DNA of 63,552 nucleotides, counting the filler, from Octopus bimaculoides (Eukaryota), in NCBI RefSeq assembly GCF_001194135.2. It is 5 parts of 4 records of this genome, joined end to end, with 100 filler letters (N's around TTAATTAATTAA, not from the genome) between each part and the next. Parts side by side here need not be neighbours in the genome. Positions count along the whole stretch, not along the records: positions 5,073 to 24,367 come from NC_068988.1; positions 24,468 to 49,321 come from NC_068990.1; 3 more parts are not named here. The stretch is one strand, 5' to 3'. The stretch's first letter is position 1; every line of letters begins with the position of its first letter. Of this stretch, positions 14,536-28,009 are shown in pieces. The position numbers were made by a program, and so were the translations under genes. The notes under the pieces are model-generated. The model saw only the letters and a program-made list of their open reading frames with translations, made no database searches and was not told the origin of the DNA.

Positions 14536-14964
14536 AATTAAAACAAAACACGCGGGTAAAAAGAATCTCGTAAAAAATCAACATAGGCAATGGCGGCACA
14601 GACAACAATGCACCACAACACAGCGTGCGGTTGTCATGGTAAGAAGCTGCTAAGCTACACTATTTGTTGATTGGTTAAAATCACCCAAATTTCCCAAATT
14701 TAATTCCAAATAACATCAGAATCTTAAAGTTATGAGATAAAGTAATTTGCTGATCGTAACCAAAGTTCAGATTTGCATCGATACACAAAAATTGAAAGCA
14801 ACATGAGCAAAATTAAGGGGTCGCTCATTTTGAGAATGAGAAAGACTAGATGCTATATATATTTACACACACAGACACACATATATATTTGTATGTGTGT
14901 GTGTGTATATATATATGTATATATATATAGAGAGAGAGATAGATAGATATAAATATAGATATAT

Positions 14965-15115
14965 AGGACCGGCTTCTTTCCGTTTCCGTCTACCAAATTT
15001 ACTCACAAGGCTTTCGTCAGCCCAAAGCTATAGAAGACAATTACCCAAGATGCCACGCAGTGGGACTGAACCAGGAACCATGTGGTTGATGAACAAGCTA
15101 CTTACCACACAGCCA
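14965..15115 (-). mobile_element. tRNA-derived SINE head copy
   Basis: Reverse complement of the 35681-35850 family. Confidence 0.75.
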
Positions 15116-15165
15116 ATATCCATATACATACATACATATTATACATTTTATACATATATATACAT

Positions 15166-15267
<102 letters not shown>

Positions 15268-16229
15268 CGTCATCATTATTATCACCACCATCATTATCAT
15301 AAAGTTATATCTATATGAAGGTATAGACGGAAAACAAGGTGATGAAAGTACTACACACTTACTAAATGTATCGTAAAAGAGTTTGATTGAAGCTAAAACA
15401 CAAATAGAGAAAAAAGTTTTGCACAAATAGAGAGAAAAAAACTGCAAATTAGGTTTTTACATAAACTGCGATCTGGGTGAAGTGATGCATTCCTTTCGTG
15501 TTCTTCGAAGCAGCCTGGTTTCGTGCCAAACCTAGTCAAGCACTTTAAATCCACTCCTCTCTCCTAGTTTCAACAATATTATTATCTTCCGCCTGATCCA
15601 CATTAAATAATACTCTTCCATAATGTCGGTGCATTTTACACATCCTCTGCTCCTTTCTTTTGTTTTTTTCTGCAGTTTTAACTGCTGCATTTCAAAAGGA
15701 TCACAGCTATAACACAAACCCCTTCTCTCAAAATACAAATTAATATAAATTAAAACAAACCAAAACAGAAAAAAAAAAAACAAGAAACAAATGAACGTTC
15801 ATGAACACATCTCTATTTACTCTGATAATTTCCATTGAAGATATAACTGATGCGAAACAATTTTTGAGTGGCCTTGAATAAGTATTATGTCAAGAACAGA
15901 CAAAATGTTGCTACATATTCATTCATATTTATTCAGTGTCTGTGCCAACATTTTCGTAATGCTTCTAATTACATAATTTTCATCGTGTTACAAGTTTACA
16001 TAATTCAATTCTTCAGTGCACAAAGCGAAATATAATTCTTTATGAGTCAGCACTTTCTGAACAGGCAAATACACAGAATATTCATGTGCAATTATGTATA
16101 CATACCCCTTCGAACACAAACGTACATGGAAAAGCGCGTACATTTTTATAATGAAAAAGATATACCGTGCGCGTATATGGGTTGGCATGTGCGTGCGTGC
16201 GAGTAAGTGTGCATTTATGTGCGTACGTA

Positions 16230-16276
<47 letters not shown>

Positions 16277-17077
16277 NNNNNNNNNNNNNNNNNNNNNNNN
16301 NNNNNNNNNNNNNNNNNNNNNNNNNNNNNNNNNNNNNNNNNNNNNNNNNNNNNNNNNNNNNNNNNNNNNNNNNNNNNNNNNNNNNNNNNNNNNNNNNNNN
16401 NNNNNNNNNNNNNNNNNNNNNNNNNNNNNNNNNNNNNNNNNNNNNNNNNNNNNNNNNNNNNNNNNNNNNNNNNNNNNNNNNNNNNNNNNNNNNNNNNNNN
16501 NNNNNNNNNNNNNNNNNNNNNNNNNNNNNNNNNNNNNNNNNNNNNNNNNNNNNNNNNNNNNNNNNNNNNNNNNNNNNNNNNNNNNNNNNNNNNNNNNNNN
16601 NNNNNNNNNNNNNNNNNNNNNNNNNNNNNNNNNNNNNNNNNNNNNNNNNNNNNNNNNNNNNNNNNNNNNNNNNNNNNNNNNNNNNNNNNNNNNNNNNNNN
16701 NNNNNNNNNNNNNNNNNNNNNNNNNNNNNNNNNNNNNNNNNNNNNNNNNNNNNNNNNNNNNNNNNNNNNNNNNNNNNNNNNNNNNNNNNNNNNNNNNNNN
16801 NNNNNNNNNNNNNNNNNNNNNNNNNNNNNNNNNNNNNNNNNNNNNNNNNNNNNNNNNNNNNNNNNNNNNNNNNNNNNNNNNNNNNNNNNNNNNNNNNNNN
16901 NNNNNNNNNNNNNNNNNNNNNNNNNNNNNNNNNNNNNNNNNNNNNNNNNNNNNNNNNNNNNNNNNNNNNNNNNNNNNNNNNNNNNNNNNNNNNNNNNNNN
17001 NNNNNNNNNNNNNNNNNNNNNNNNNNNNNNNNNNNNNNNNNNNNNNNNNNNNNNNNNNNNNNNNNNNNNNNNNNNNN

Positions 17078-17115
<38 letters not shown>

Positions 17116-17159
17116 CGTGTATTTGATATATCATTATTTTATACATGTATCATTTTTAT

Positions 17160-17379
17160 ACTCGTTTCAGTCAACTGACTGCGGCTATGCTAGAACACGA
17201 CTATTAGTCGAACAAATCGACTTCAGGATTTATTCTTAGTAAGTCTAGTACTTATCCTAATGCCACTTTTTGCCGAACCGCTAACATACGCTAACATACG
17301 CGTAAATACGCTAACATCGGTTGCCAAGTGATGGTGGGGGGGGGACAAACACACACATACATACACACACACATACCAT

Positions 17380-17413
<34 letters not shown>

Positions 17414-17535
17414 GACAAAGCTTTGGGTGACCCGAGTGTATGGTAGACGATACTTGCACAAGGTGCCATGCAGTGAGACTGAACATGAGACCATGTGGTT
17501 GGAGAGCAAACTTCTTACCACACAGCCACTCCTCC
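17160..17535 (-). mobile_element. tRNA-derived SINE copy with internal microsatellite
   Basis: Same organisation as 35681-36070 in reverse. Confidence 0.72.
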
Positions 17536-18974
17536 GCCTGTATAAACATATATTTATATTAATGTAAATGTATATATGTAGGTTTGTTTTTGCAGCTTAT
17601 GTGTTGTGTATATGTGAAGCATGCACACATTTTTTCTCGGCCTGTGTGAATGTATGTGTTTGGGTATACATGCAGCTATATATAAAATCTTTTCATGTTC
17701 ATTAACATATTTATATATTTCTGTTTTTTTTTTCTATATTAATTTTCTTCCTTCGTTTATTTGTTTCTTCCTCCATTTTTGCTTTTGCATTTTATTCATG
17801 GCGAAAGCCTTGATTTCATTGGTTACAACAATGTCAAACATTGTTGTATGCCAATTCAGCAAGTTTTGGTGGAATTAATTAACCAACTAAAGCCCCAATC
17901 ATTGTATATAAACGGAGGTTAGGAACATTTTAAATCATTGTAAATTATTAAAGCAAACATGTATCACGTTCCATAATCTTTCCTCTCTGACTCATGATAT
18001 TGTTGGGAAAAATATTTCCCGTACTCATTATTGATTATGCATAATATACCGCGCTGAAAAGCGCAATCGCTTGCATTGTTTCCTTGTAAATATAAGTAGG
18101 AGTATGTGCGTATGCGCATTTATAAACTCATGCAATATGTGTATATATATATAAATATAATTGTTTGCATATAAGTATGTATGCATTATTATAAATATAT
18201 GTGTTGTGTGTGTGATTGCATATCTATTCGTGTGGGCGGAAGACAAAAAGAAAAAAATATGAATTTTAAAATATATTCAAGGTCACACGTCTTTCACTGT
18301 GGTATGATGTTTTGACCGATTAAACCGACCTTAGTACATGATTTGAATGTATTTTATTTACACGGCCAGGATGGAAAGCATTAGTATTAGGGTAGTGAAT
18401 AGAAATGGGACATAACTAGCTAAATGTATTTATATTGTAACTATAAATATTGTCCTTTTGCAGCCCTACACTGAATTGGCGGAATCTGATGGATTCCTTT
18501 CATATAGCGTTATAGGCACTGGCGTTGCTTTGTGGCAAGATGTTTACATCTTAGAGTTCAGTTGCACTGCATAATATCATGGGCAATTGTCTTTTTCTGT
18601 AGACTCGGGCCGATCAAAAATTCGTGTGGCCTTGTGAGAGAATATACTTGAAAAATCGCGTCGTCGTATAACTATCTTTTACTTCTTATCATCTACTTAT
18701 TTAAGTCATTCTACTTCGGATATACTGAGACACCGCCTAGAAAGGCTTAATCGAATACATCTACTCCAGTATTTTTTTTTATTATTATTCTCTTTGTTTG
18801 TTCTGAAGTATGGTGTCTATTCAACCGTCACTTGCCGACCCGCTAATTTACGAGGTTGCAAATTTACCAATGCAGGCTGTCAAGTGGTGTTGGTGTACAA
18901 GTATATTCACCAAGGCACACGCGTTCATGGATAAATACATGCATTCATATATATATATATATATACAGTATACA

Positions 18975-19100
18975 TAAAGACAGTTTTTCTAGTTACCGTC
19001 TACTAAATCCGGTGACAATGAAAACATATTTGGTTGGATCGGGGCAATAGTGGAAGACACTTGCTCATGGCACCATACAGTGGTAGTGAAACCAGGAATC
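18975..19100 (-). mobile_element. tRNA-derived SINE head copy
   Basis: Reverse complement of the 35681-35850 family, diverged. Confidence 0.68.
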
Positions 19101-19122
19101 ATGTGATTCAGAGCCAAACTTT

Positions 19123-19156
<34 letters not shown>

Positions 19157-19157
19157 T

Positions 19158-19195
<38 letters not shown>

Positions 19196-19299
19196 TGTAT
19201 GTATGTGTGTCTCTCTGTGTGTGTTTTGTGCCTGCGTGTGTGTGCGCGCTTTTTTTATATTTTAAAGCATTCGCTCGTTACAAGTTCCTTGGACGACTG

Positions 19300-19560
19300 A
19301 AAGCGTAAGAGCTACTAGAATAAAGCAGAAGTCAATAGGTGACGATGTACATTAGACGTAAAAGATTGGAGCTCATATTGAACAGGAAAATAAGACTGTG
19401 GAAGGAAATCCCAAAGTTCAGAGCGCGAGGGAACAAACAGGAACCTTAAGGTACTTGACGATACTTAAGAGATTTCACAGTATGTTGATGAGAACTGAAT
19501 GCAAGTCTTGTTGATCGTTGATACATCCTTAAAGTTTGCGTGAGACTTGTTTCCTGAGTT
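19300..19560 (-). mobile_element. CR1/L2-type LINE 3' fragment
   Basis: Minus strand reads LWDFLPQSYFPVQYELQSFTSNVHRHL. Confidence 0.55.
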
Positions 19561-20399
19561 TGTCCTCTCCACCAACCATCGTTTGACAACCGATGTTCGT
19601 AAGTGTTTGTCTCCCTAATTTAATGCTTCGGCAATATAAACGAATAAGTACCAGGTCTTGTACAAATAGGTACTGAAGTCGATTCGTTCAACAGAGACTC
19701 TTTAAAGGAGTGCCTCAGCATCAACGTAATCTTATAACTGAAACAAGTAAAAGATTAAAACATTATATATTAAAATTTTTATACACACACATGCACCCAC
19801 ACATAAACACACATATACAGACACAGAGACACACTTGCACACACATACAGAACCACACTCACATACACACATACATATACACACGTACACACATACAAAA
19901 CCACACATACGCACAAACATATACACACACACATACAAAACCACACACACTTACGCACTTACATACACAAACACGCACACACACTTTCAGATTCAATAGT
20001 GCTCTATTGACGTAGAACATAAAATTCTTCACATATCGAAGTTCGATAAGCTGAAAATCGGCAATTTATTGTTCACGGTTAGCAACTGAGGTTGCTTTGT
20101 AAGAGAATAAAAATTCAAATACAGGCAATGGAGTAGATAAAACCCAGTCTACATATCTTTCCTTGCTAGCAGAACCTCAGAAATAGTAATTACCCAAACG
20201 AAGGGCATGCACAGGAAATTTGATGGCAAATACGGTTTTGTTTTTCTTGTCTTCCCTCATTTTGTGCTTTCCTTGTGCGTAAGGCATTTGAGGACAAACA
20301 TTTTGGGTCATTGCTGCATTTTTTGCTAATTCTGTAAAATCTTTATTTAAGAAAATAGTAATGCAGACCATTAGTTTACTCAAGAAATAATATCCCGAT

Positions 20400-21030
20400 T
20401 TTTAAAAGTTGCTAGATCTTTCGTCTACAAAGTTTGTAAGGAGCTAGAGACTGAAAATGGAAATGTATCACCAGTATCAAAGCATAAAGAGCATTCTAAA
20501 CGCTCTTAAATCATCAGATCACCTGAATTTATCCAGCAAGGTCAACAGACTATTGATTAAAATCCCAGAAAGTCCATGAGGTTAATTGCAAAAGATATCC
20601 ATGTGTCAGAAGGAACAGTCAGAATTGTTGTCCACGAAGACGTGATGTAATTCTTATATGATGAGGAAAGGTCAATTTGTCAGAAAAAAAAACCCCAAAA
20701 AAGAAAGAAAAAAAATCACTACATCAGATCTAAAAGGCTCTTAAACAAACTGAAAAATCCAGCAGAAGAAGATTTGATTTGCTTTTTCCTAAACGAGAAA
20801 TACTTCAACAAAGATCAAAAAGTTAACAGAAGAAATGACAGATGGTTATGTGCAGACCCTTCTGAAGTTCCAGGTGTTATGCATACAACATTTCCTGCAA
20901 CTCTCATGGCTTTAGGGATTGTCAGCAATGAAGGACATGTGATGCCTCCTTACTTCTTACAGCAAGGCCTTAGAGTAAACTCTGCTGCCTACACTGAGGT
21001 TCTGGAAATACTTGTTAAACCCTGGAGAAG
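20400..21030 (+). mobile_element. maT/DD37D-like transposase remnant
   Basis: NPRKSMRLIAKDIHVSEGTVR; FFLNEKYFNKDQKVNRRNDRWL; MALGIVSNEGHVMPPYF...RVNSAAYTEVLEILVKPW. Confidence 0.78.
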
Positions 21031-21200
21031 TTTAAGAAACGAACGAGAAAGCGCTAATAATAATGAAGAAATAAAAAGATTTTTTCTAAAATTCTGACGA
21101 CCTTGTTTTTTAATATTCAATTTCTGTACACCACACCTCACAATCTGTACACACACGCGCGCACGCACACACAGACAGACACAGACACACACGCACGCAC

Positions 21201-21247
<47 letters not shown>

Positions 21248-21249
<2 letters not shown>

Positions 21250-21478
21250 TGCTGGCCCGAAAGTATTTTACAGTTATTTAACGCTCTTTCGCATTCATGT
21301 ATTAACAGTTTAGATCTTAATTATAAAAATATATGAAACCATTATTCTATGTAAATTTACTTAATTTTGTCAAGCTCCTTTTTCAGTTTGTAAGACAGAA
21401 ATTTAAATGGAATAAAATGTTTTAAAGAAAGTTAAACCGCCAACGTGATAACTGTAAACCTACTTTTGAGCCACCGTG
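21248..21478. mobile_element. Second, more diverged copy of the same MITE
   Basis: Collinear with 3519-3754; TA on both sides. Confidence 0.85.
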
Positions 21479-24367
21479 TATATCAGTGGGAATGTCTATT
21501 TATCAGAGCTAATATAGTAAAACATTATCATCCTTATATATTTAACGTATATATTTAACGCATATAACAGTGATTTGACGCTGTGAAGAATACTCTCCCA
21601 AATAGTGGATTGTATGCATGTATATAATTCAATTTTTATATAGATTCATCTAAATCATGAAGAATATATTATTACGCATCCAAGTATGAAACACGTACGT
21701 TGGTTATGTTGGTGTTGTTCTGATCGGCAATATATAACTGGTTCGTTATCCGAATTCGATGGTATTTTATGTCCTTGAGCAACGTACATTCATCTCATGT
21801 ACTTCATGTGGAAGATGACTGCTATCGACAACTATGTGATGTTTAACTTGTAACGCACTTGCGTTACGTGAAGTTGTAGTCTTGCACGTTCAGCGACCGA
21901 AGTGCTACAGAACCCGAGATAAGCTTTGGTCTAATGTCGTTGTTCGATCGAAGAAGATCTGACCTTAAGTGTCTATTAAGAAACAAGAATTCGTTCTCGG
22001 TCACTTTAGTTCCATAAACACTAAACTTCAGCCTATGGTGTCTATACACTGTAGACTTCGAAATCTACCCATGTCACTGTCATTTTAATATTTTGTTGGT
22101 ATTTTATGTTTGTTTTCTTCAAGTTATCTTTGCTGTTTCATTCCCGCTTCAGCTCAGATAGAACAGAGTATTGACTAAATACACTTCTGTCACCATCACC
22201 TATTTCACCAGATTTTCTTCAAAGACCGTCGTATGATTCGAGAGAGATTTGGTTGATATCTTTAACAAGTAGAGCGACTCTGTAAATGTTTTCTAGTCGA
22301 CACATGGGTGAAATAGTGTTAAACTTATTACAATAAAAGAATTCCATTTATTAGAAAGGATAAATTAATTTAGTCAATCGATTGATATTATAAGACATGA
22401 TTTTCAGCTTAGACGTATCATCTCACTTATTGATTGATTTGTTTTTAAAATTCAATGAGATTTTGGAGAGACGAAATGCTGAATATGTTTACATGCAATG
22501 CTTCTCTAAATATCACACAATCGTTAATATAGTACAATTGCGCTATGTAACAGAATACGAACATACGAAAATTATATCATTTACTTCAATCAAGATGATA
22601 ATGGGTTTTTCATAATATGAAAATTGTCTTTCTACATTTCATTTTATTTCCTAGAAATTTCAGCAAGCTGTTTGAAAGGAAAATAGAATAAATGTTAAAT
22701 AGCGTGGGGAGCACACTTTGTCGGAAGGACAGCGTAGAGAAATGATGAATCTTATTCGAGTTACATGATTTTAAAGAATAATTCTGATGTAATATTGTTA
22801 CATAGAAATCGGTCTATAGAAACCTCTATTTGAAAAACACGTGAAGTCCATTACATATATAATATCTGTGAATGTAAGATAAAGTGGATGATAAAGAGTG
22901 ATAAAGTGTTGTTTTTGTCCATAAATGGTTACATATTGTATGTACACTGTCTGAGTGCTTTTACCAATTTTGCATGTGTTGCAGCGCAAAATGATACTAT
23001 AATTTATATCTGAATTACTTTTTTATAACCTTTTGAATTTAATATTCAACTATATATATATATATATATATATNNNNNNNNNNNNNNNNNNNNNNNNNNN
23101 NNNNNNNNNNNNNNNNNNNNNNNNNNNNNATAAAGAAATAGAAATAAAATAGTAAAACATCAAATGTATAAAATTCCATTGGTTATAGCATTAATAAATA
23201 ACTGTTATATAATAAACCATAATATTAGCATATTCAAATATAAATCGTGTTGCAGGAAGACATTTTTAAAAGTTGCATGTTAAAAATTGAATATGCCATT
23301 GTTGAAGTTGATGCTCATAATATATCGGTTTGCTCTTGAGAACTATGTAATGCGTTTGTTGCTTTGATTTACGTATTTTGCATAAATAAAGTTAATACAC
23401 CAGTGTAAATATAAACTCGAAGCTGCAAACGGTGTTATTCTGAACATAGGCATATAATGTAAAGGCGAGACGCGTTCTTTGTAAAAGCATAATTTCAGTT
23501 TCGAGTGAAACATGAGGAACGTTTAAATATCTACTGCTATACAATAGAGTTGTATAATGCATTTTTCATGCAATTTGGATATTGAAATACGGAGACTTTG
23601 CAAAAAGTAGCACATCATGCGAATACATACATCAATGCATACATATAAGCATACAGACACACAAACTCATGCCTATATATATNNNNNNNNNNNNNNNNNN
23701 NNNNNNNNNNNNNNNNNNNNNNNNNNNNNNNNNNNNNNNNNNNNNNNNNNNNNNNNNNNNNNNNNATATATATATATATATATATATACATGTACATTTA
23801 CATACAAATAAATACATGCATAGACATATATATGTACACACACACACATATATGTACGTATGTATGTTTGTGCATGTGTGTATGAAAATGTATATGTGTA
23901 TGAAAATATGAAAAGCTCAATGTATGTGTTGGAGCATTAATCTCAAAATATAAAGAAGGTAATTTCGAAACTACCCTATATCCGCATGGCATTTTAGGCG
24001 AATGAAACTGAGGAGAAGAAAAGTGTAAAGAAGTCTGAAAAATATATTGGTTTTAAATCCAAAAGCCTTGTCATACTGTGATATCATATTGTCTTACCTG
24101 AGAACTCTGATATCGCTACATATGTGTTTGGAAAGTTGAGGTTCTCCCAATATAATTGAAAAACGTGTTATACGCCTTATACAATAACTGAATCATTGTC
24201 ATCGAGAAACAGAAATCCAGAAAATATAGCTAAATATATATAACCACGCGTAAACAAAATTTTACTATAACTCTGAATCGACCCCATGATTAGATATACA
24301 TATATTTATATATACATATGGAAACTGAATGAAGCCTGTTCGCTTATATATATATATATATATATAT

Positions 24368-24467
24368 NNNNNNNNNNNNNNNNNNNNNNNNNNNNNNNNN
24401 NNNNNNNNNNNTTAATTAATTAANNNNNNNNNNNNNNNNNNNNNNNNNNNNNNNNNNNNNNNNNNNN
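24368..24467. other. Artificial scaffold-joining linker
   Basis: N44 + TTAATTAATTAA (24412-24423) + N44. Confidence 0.95.
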
Positions 24468-24815
24468 GCCAGTGCTCCTGGACTGGCTCTTGTGCGGGTG
24501 GCACATAAGATGCACCATTTTGAGCGTGGCTGTTGCCAGTACCGCCTGACTGGCCTTCGTAGGATTTTCGAGCGAGATCGTTGCCAGTGCCCCTGGACTG
24601 GTTTGTGTGGGTGGCACATAAAAGACACCATTTCGAGCGTGGCCGTTGCCAGTATCGCCTGACTGGCCTTCGTGCAGGTGACACGTAAAAGCACCTACTA
24701 CACTCTCTGAGTGGTTGGCGTTAGGAAGGGCATCCAGCTGTAGAAACTCTGCCAAATTTAGATTGGAGCCTGGTGTTGCCATCTGGTTTCACCAGTCCTC
24801 AGTCAAACGTTAAAC

Positions 24816-24848
<33 letters not shown>
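24468..24848 (+). mobile_element. RTE 3'-UTR copy with minisatellite units and long (GAT)n tail
   Basis: Homologous to 48680-49195. Confidence 0.82.
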
Positions 24849-25286
24849 AAATAAAAAAGTTACAGGTGTTTAATGAGACTAGTCTAAATTCATGATTATT
24901 TTAGAATTTAATTGAAACTCATGAGGGGTGTATTTTGGTCAGAAATATAGTAACGAAAGGTTTAAGTCATAACTTGTCTCCTCCTTTCAACCCCACCTGT
25001 TTGGTAGTTTCCCACACAATCCTATGAACAACCCATGTATTTCTACTCGCCTTATGCCTTGAGGGGCTACCGGGGCATGTTTTGACCATTATCTTCTATG
25101 TTTTGCAGCTTCCACTGATCATTTTCTTTTTTCTTCTCCACACTAAATGTGAATAGCCATGCAGATCTTTCCGCATGAACCTGCTCTGCATAGCTGTCAT
25201 AATATTCCTCTCATCCTCTAACACTATGCTGACCCCACCACCAAACTTAGGGCTCATAGTCCTGCTGCAAGCTGTATAGCAACCTC

Positions 25287-25967
25287 GGATCTTTCTGATT
25301 TGGCGGGCACCACTTGTTTTCAAACTTGGGACACTGGTAGAATGTGTCATATAAAACATCTTTTACTCTTGGTATTATTGAGAAAATGTTATCTTTTCAA
25401 AGTTATTTCGTGTTAAAATTGCCGTATTTCGGTAATTTCAACCAATCACTGACGTCTATTGAGGTGAAAACAATTACTGCCGTGGAATGTAAACAAAACG
25501 TTCTAGCGGTGTAATGGGATCTTTTCCCTTGAATAAAATTAGTGCCGTTGTTTGACAACAACAACTATAGGCGGTGCTATTATTTATGACATTGTTCATG
25601 TGTTTGTACTGGCTTTAGCTTTAGGGTTAGGGTTATGAGTATTTGGCAAAAAACGATGTCATAAATAACAGCACCGCCTATAGTTATTGTTGACAAACAA
25701 CGGCACTAATTTTATTCAAGGAAAAGATCCCATTACACTGCTAGAACGTTTTGTTTACATTCCACGGCAGTAATTGTTTTCACCTCAATAGACGTCAGTG
25801 ATTGGTTGAAATTACTGAAATACGACAACTTTTAAGATGAAATAACTTCGAATATGAAAATTTTTCTCTCTTCTATAAGACAAAATATACAAGTATACAA
25901 AGTTTTAAAGTGTTCCGGTAGAAAACACACTAAATAAAAAGTGGCGCCCGCCAAATCAGAAAGATCC
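25287..25967. mobile_element. 681-bp non-autonomous foldback/MITE with GGATC...GATCC termini, 8-bp TSD and TTAGGG-containing loop
   Basis: TSD GCAACCTC at 25279-25286 and 25968-25975; terminal IR GGATCTTTCTGATTTGGCGGGC; near-perfect inner arms ~25405-25592 vs ~25655-25845; loop contains GCTTTAGGGTTAGGGTTA. Confidence 0.9.
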
Positions 25968-26369
25968 GCAACCTCATTAGTGCAGGTGGCACAAAAAACA
26001 AAAAAGCTCCCTGGTTGGCATTAAGAAGAGCATTCAACCATAAAAACCATGTCGAAGCAGATATTGGAACTCAATGGTGACCTTGAACACCCATGTCCAG
26101 CCGATGCCAGCATGGAATATGGACATTAAATGTGCGAAATCAGAACATTTAAAAATATTTTTTCTGTCACCAACATCTGCTCCACTCAAAATAATCTTGT
26201 GTCAATTACTAAGGAGAGCAGATTATTCACAAACAGCATTTTCTACAAAATGATGCTTTCTTCACATCTATTCAGCTCTTACAAATAAGTTGGTTCAACC
26301 ACATTATTAGGCATCTGAAAATTTTAAAGTCACAGCTATAATAAACAGTATTACAAAACTGATACTTAC

Positions 26370-26458
26370 AAAGTAAGGTGGTATTGTACCTTGTCCCATT
26401 ATGTATTGATGGCTTAGAAGGGGAACACCAGGAGGTAAGTTAGGTGGGGCTTTTCCAG
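26370..26458 (-). CDS. UBAP2L: UBAP2L-like last visible exon (89 nt): (T)GKAPPNLPPGVPLLSHQYIMGQGTIPPYF
   Basis: tttcag acceptor, GTAAGT donor; GKAPPNLPPGVP is a conserved UBAP2/UBAP2L C-terminal motif; no stop codon, and downstream exons are absent before the segment end at 24468. Confidence 0.92.
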
Positions 26459-27274
26459 CTGAAATAAAAATAAAAAATAAAAATTTGAAGTCAAACTTAA
26501 AGACAGACACTATACTACAAATTGAAGAAGTGTAATTCTAACTCCATTACAACAAAAAAACATTTGCAAGGTGCTGGATCAGATGATACTAGTTCAGAAA
26601 GGGTCAAAGCTTAATTAATTAGGAAGAGAGTTAGCATAGATGAGATGCAGTTTGGATTTGTGCTAGGGAGAAGCACTGCCAATGCTACCTTCCTGGTGAG
26701 GCAACTGCAGGAGAAATAGTTGGCCAAAAATAAACTCCTTGTAGTGAAAATGGTACACTCCTTCCCACGTGACAAAGTGGTATGAAAGAACCACTAAAAG
26801 TCAGACAGCCAGTCATTGTAGCAGGTCAGTAAGTAGTAGAGTTGTTGTACAAGTTCTCAGTTGGAGTTAGTGTCAGTTATGTGATATATATACGAGTTTC
26901 AAGTTACCATCAAGGTAAACACTTCAAAGTCATTTGTCTTGCGGAGCTATCAGTGATAGCACGATTTATGAGTCAAAGATAATAAGATGCGGAATACCAC
27001 CACATATTAATGGCGACAAGAATATTACAGTGCCGACAACAATATACAAGTGGACGAGGATCAACATTATAACAGTGGCAACGAGGATATAAACAATTCA
27101 CATGGACAATGAAAATTATTTTAAAATGGTTCAGCTGCTGTCATGCTGGGGCACCTCAGTTGACTGAGCTACACCATTATTTGAAACCTCAGCTGATATG
27201 TGGCATTTGGTCAATGAGGGAGTTTGATGTTGCAGCCCTCATCTGTGTTTCCTGCCATGAAATAGGCTCGTCTG

Positions 27275-27610
27275 TTACAGGTGTAACAAGAAGAGATCCA
27301 GTTTTGTTTTAGAGACACTAACATCCACACCATGCCGGTCACTCACGCATTTTGGAAGGATATCAAAGAGTTGTGGGCCTTTGAAGCCCAAACTGTTGCA
27401 GTATCTGGTCCTGTATTTTGATGGCGATGCTGGGATCTTTGGCACAATGCAGTGGCTCCCCATTCTGCAGTTTGAGTAACTTTCAATGCCAAAGTTTGGC
27501 ACATGGCCTCCTAGGATTTTCCAGATGCATATCACTGCATATCTCTCCTGCCTTTGTTCCAAGGAGAAGAGCCCCAATTCTTTCAGTCTTTCTCAATAGT
27601 TGATACATTG
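27275..27610 (-). mobile_element. CR1/L2-group LINE 3' fragment inside the Gypsy element
   Basis: GLFSLEQRQERYAVICIWKILGGHVPN...SLGFKGPQLFDILPK...KTKLDLFL, typical of the ORF2 C-terminus in this group; boundaries approximate. Confidence 0.7.
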
Positions 27611-28009
27611 CATCGAAACGATTTTCTTAGTGTAGCTTTGAGCTCTGCTGTGGATTTTATATTGTGTGGTGACCATAGTTGGGAGCAGTAGTCCAAGTGG
27701 CTGAGAACATATATCCTCCAAAGGATCAACAATGTCACCTTTTCTCTTGTTTTGAAAGTTCAGAGGATCCATCCAGCTAGCCGTCTGCATTTTATTACCA
27801 AATTGGTAATATGCACTTGAAAAGACGCATCACTGCTCATGTCAATGCCCAGGTCAAAGTAATGAAAGCTTGTTAGAGGGTCTAGTTAAGGAACAAAAGC
27901 AACAACAAATGTTACAACCAATGAAGTTGGTAACAAAACCGGAAAGTATATCTTCGTCAGACCATGTAGCAAAAAAAATAGTTTGTCAGAAGAAAAAGTT
28001 TGTACAACG

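Noticed and set aside
25096-25359. 87-aa minus-strand ORF as a possible next UBAP2L exon
   Set aside because: No UBAP2-family motif, and it runs across the foldback element boundary
25621-25635. TTAGGG repeats as an interstitial telomere or chromosome-fusion scar
   Set aside because: Only about 2 perfect units, located in the loop of a TSD-flanked element
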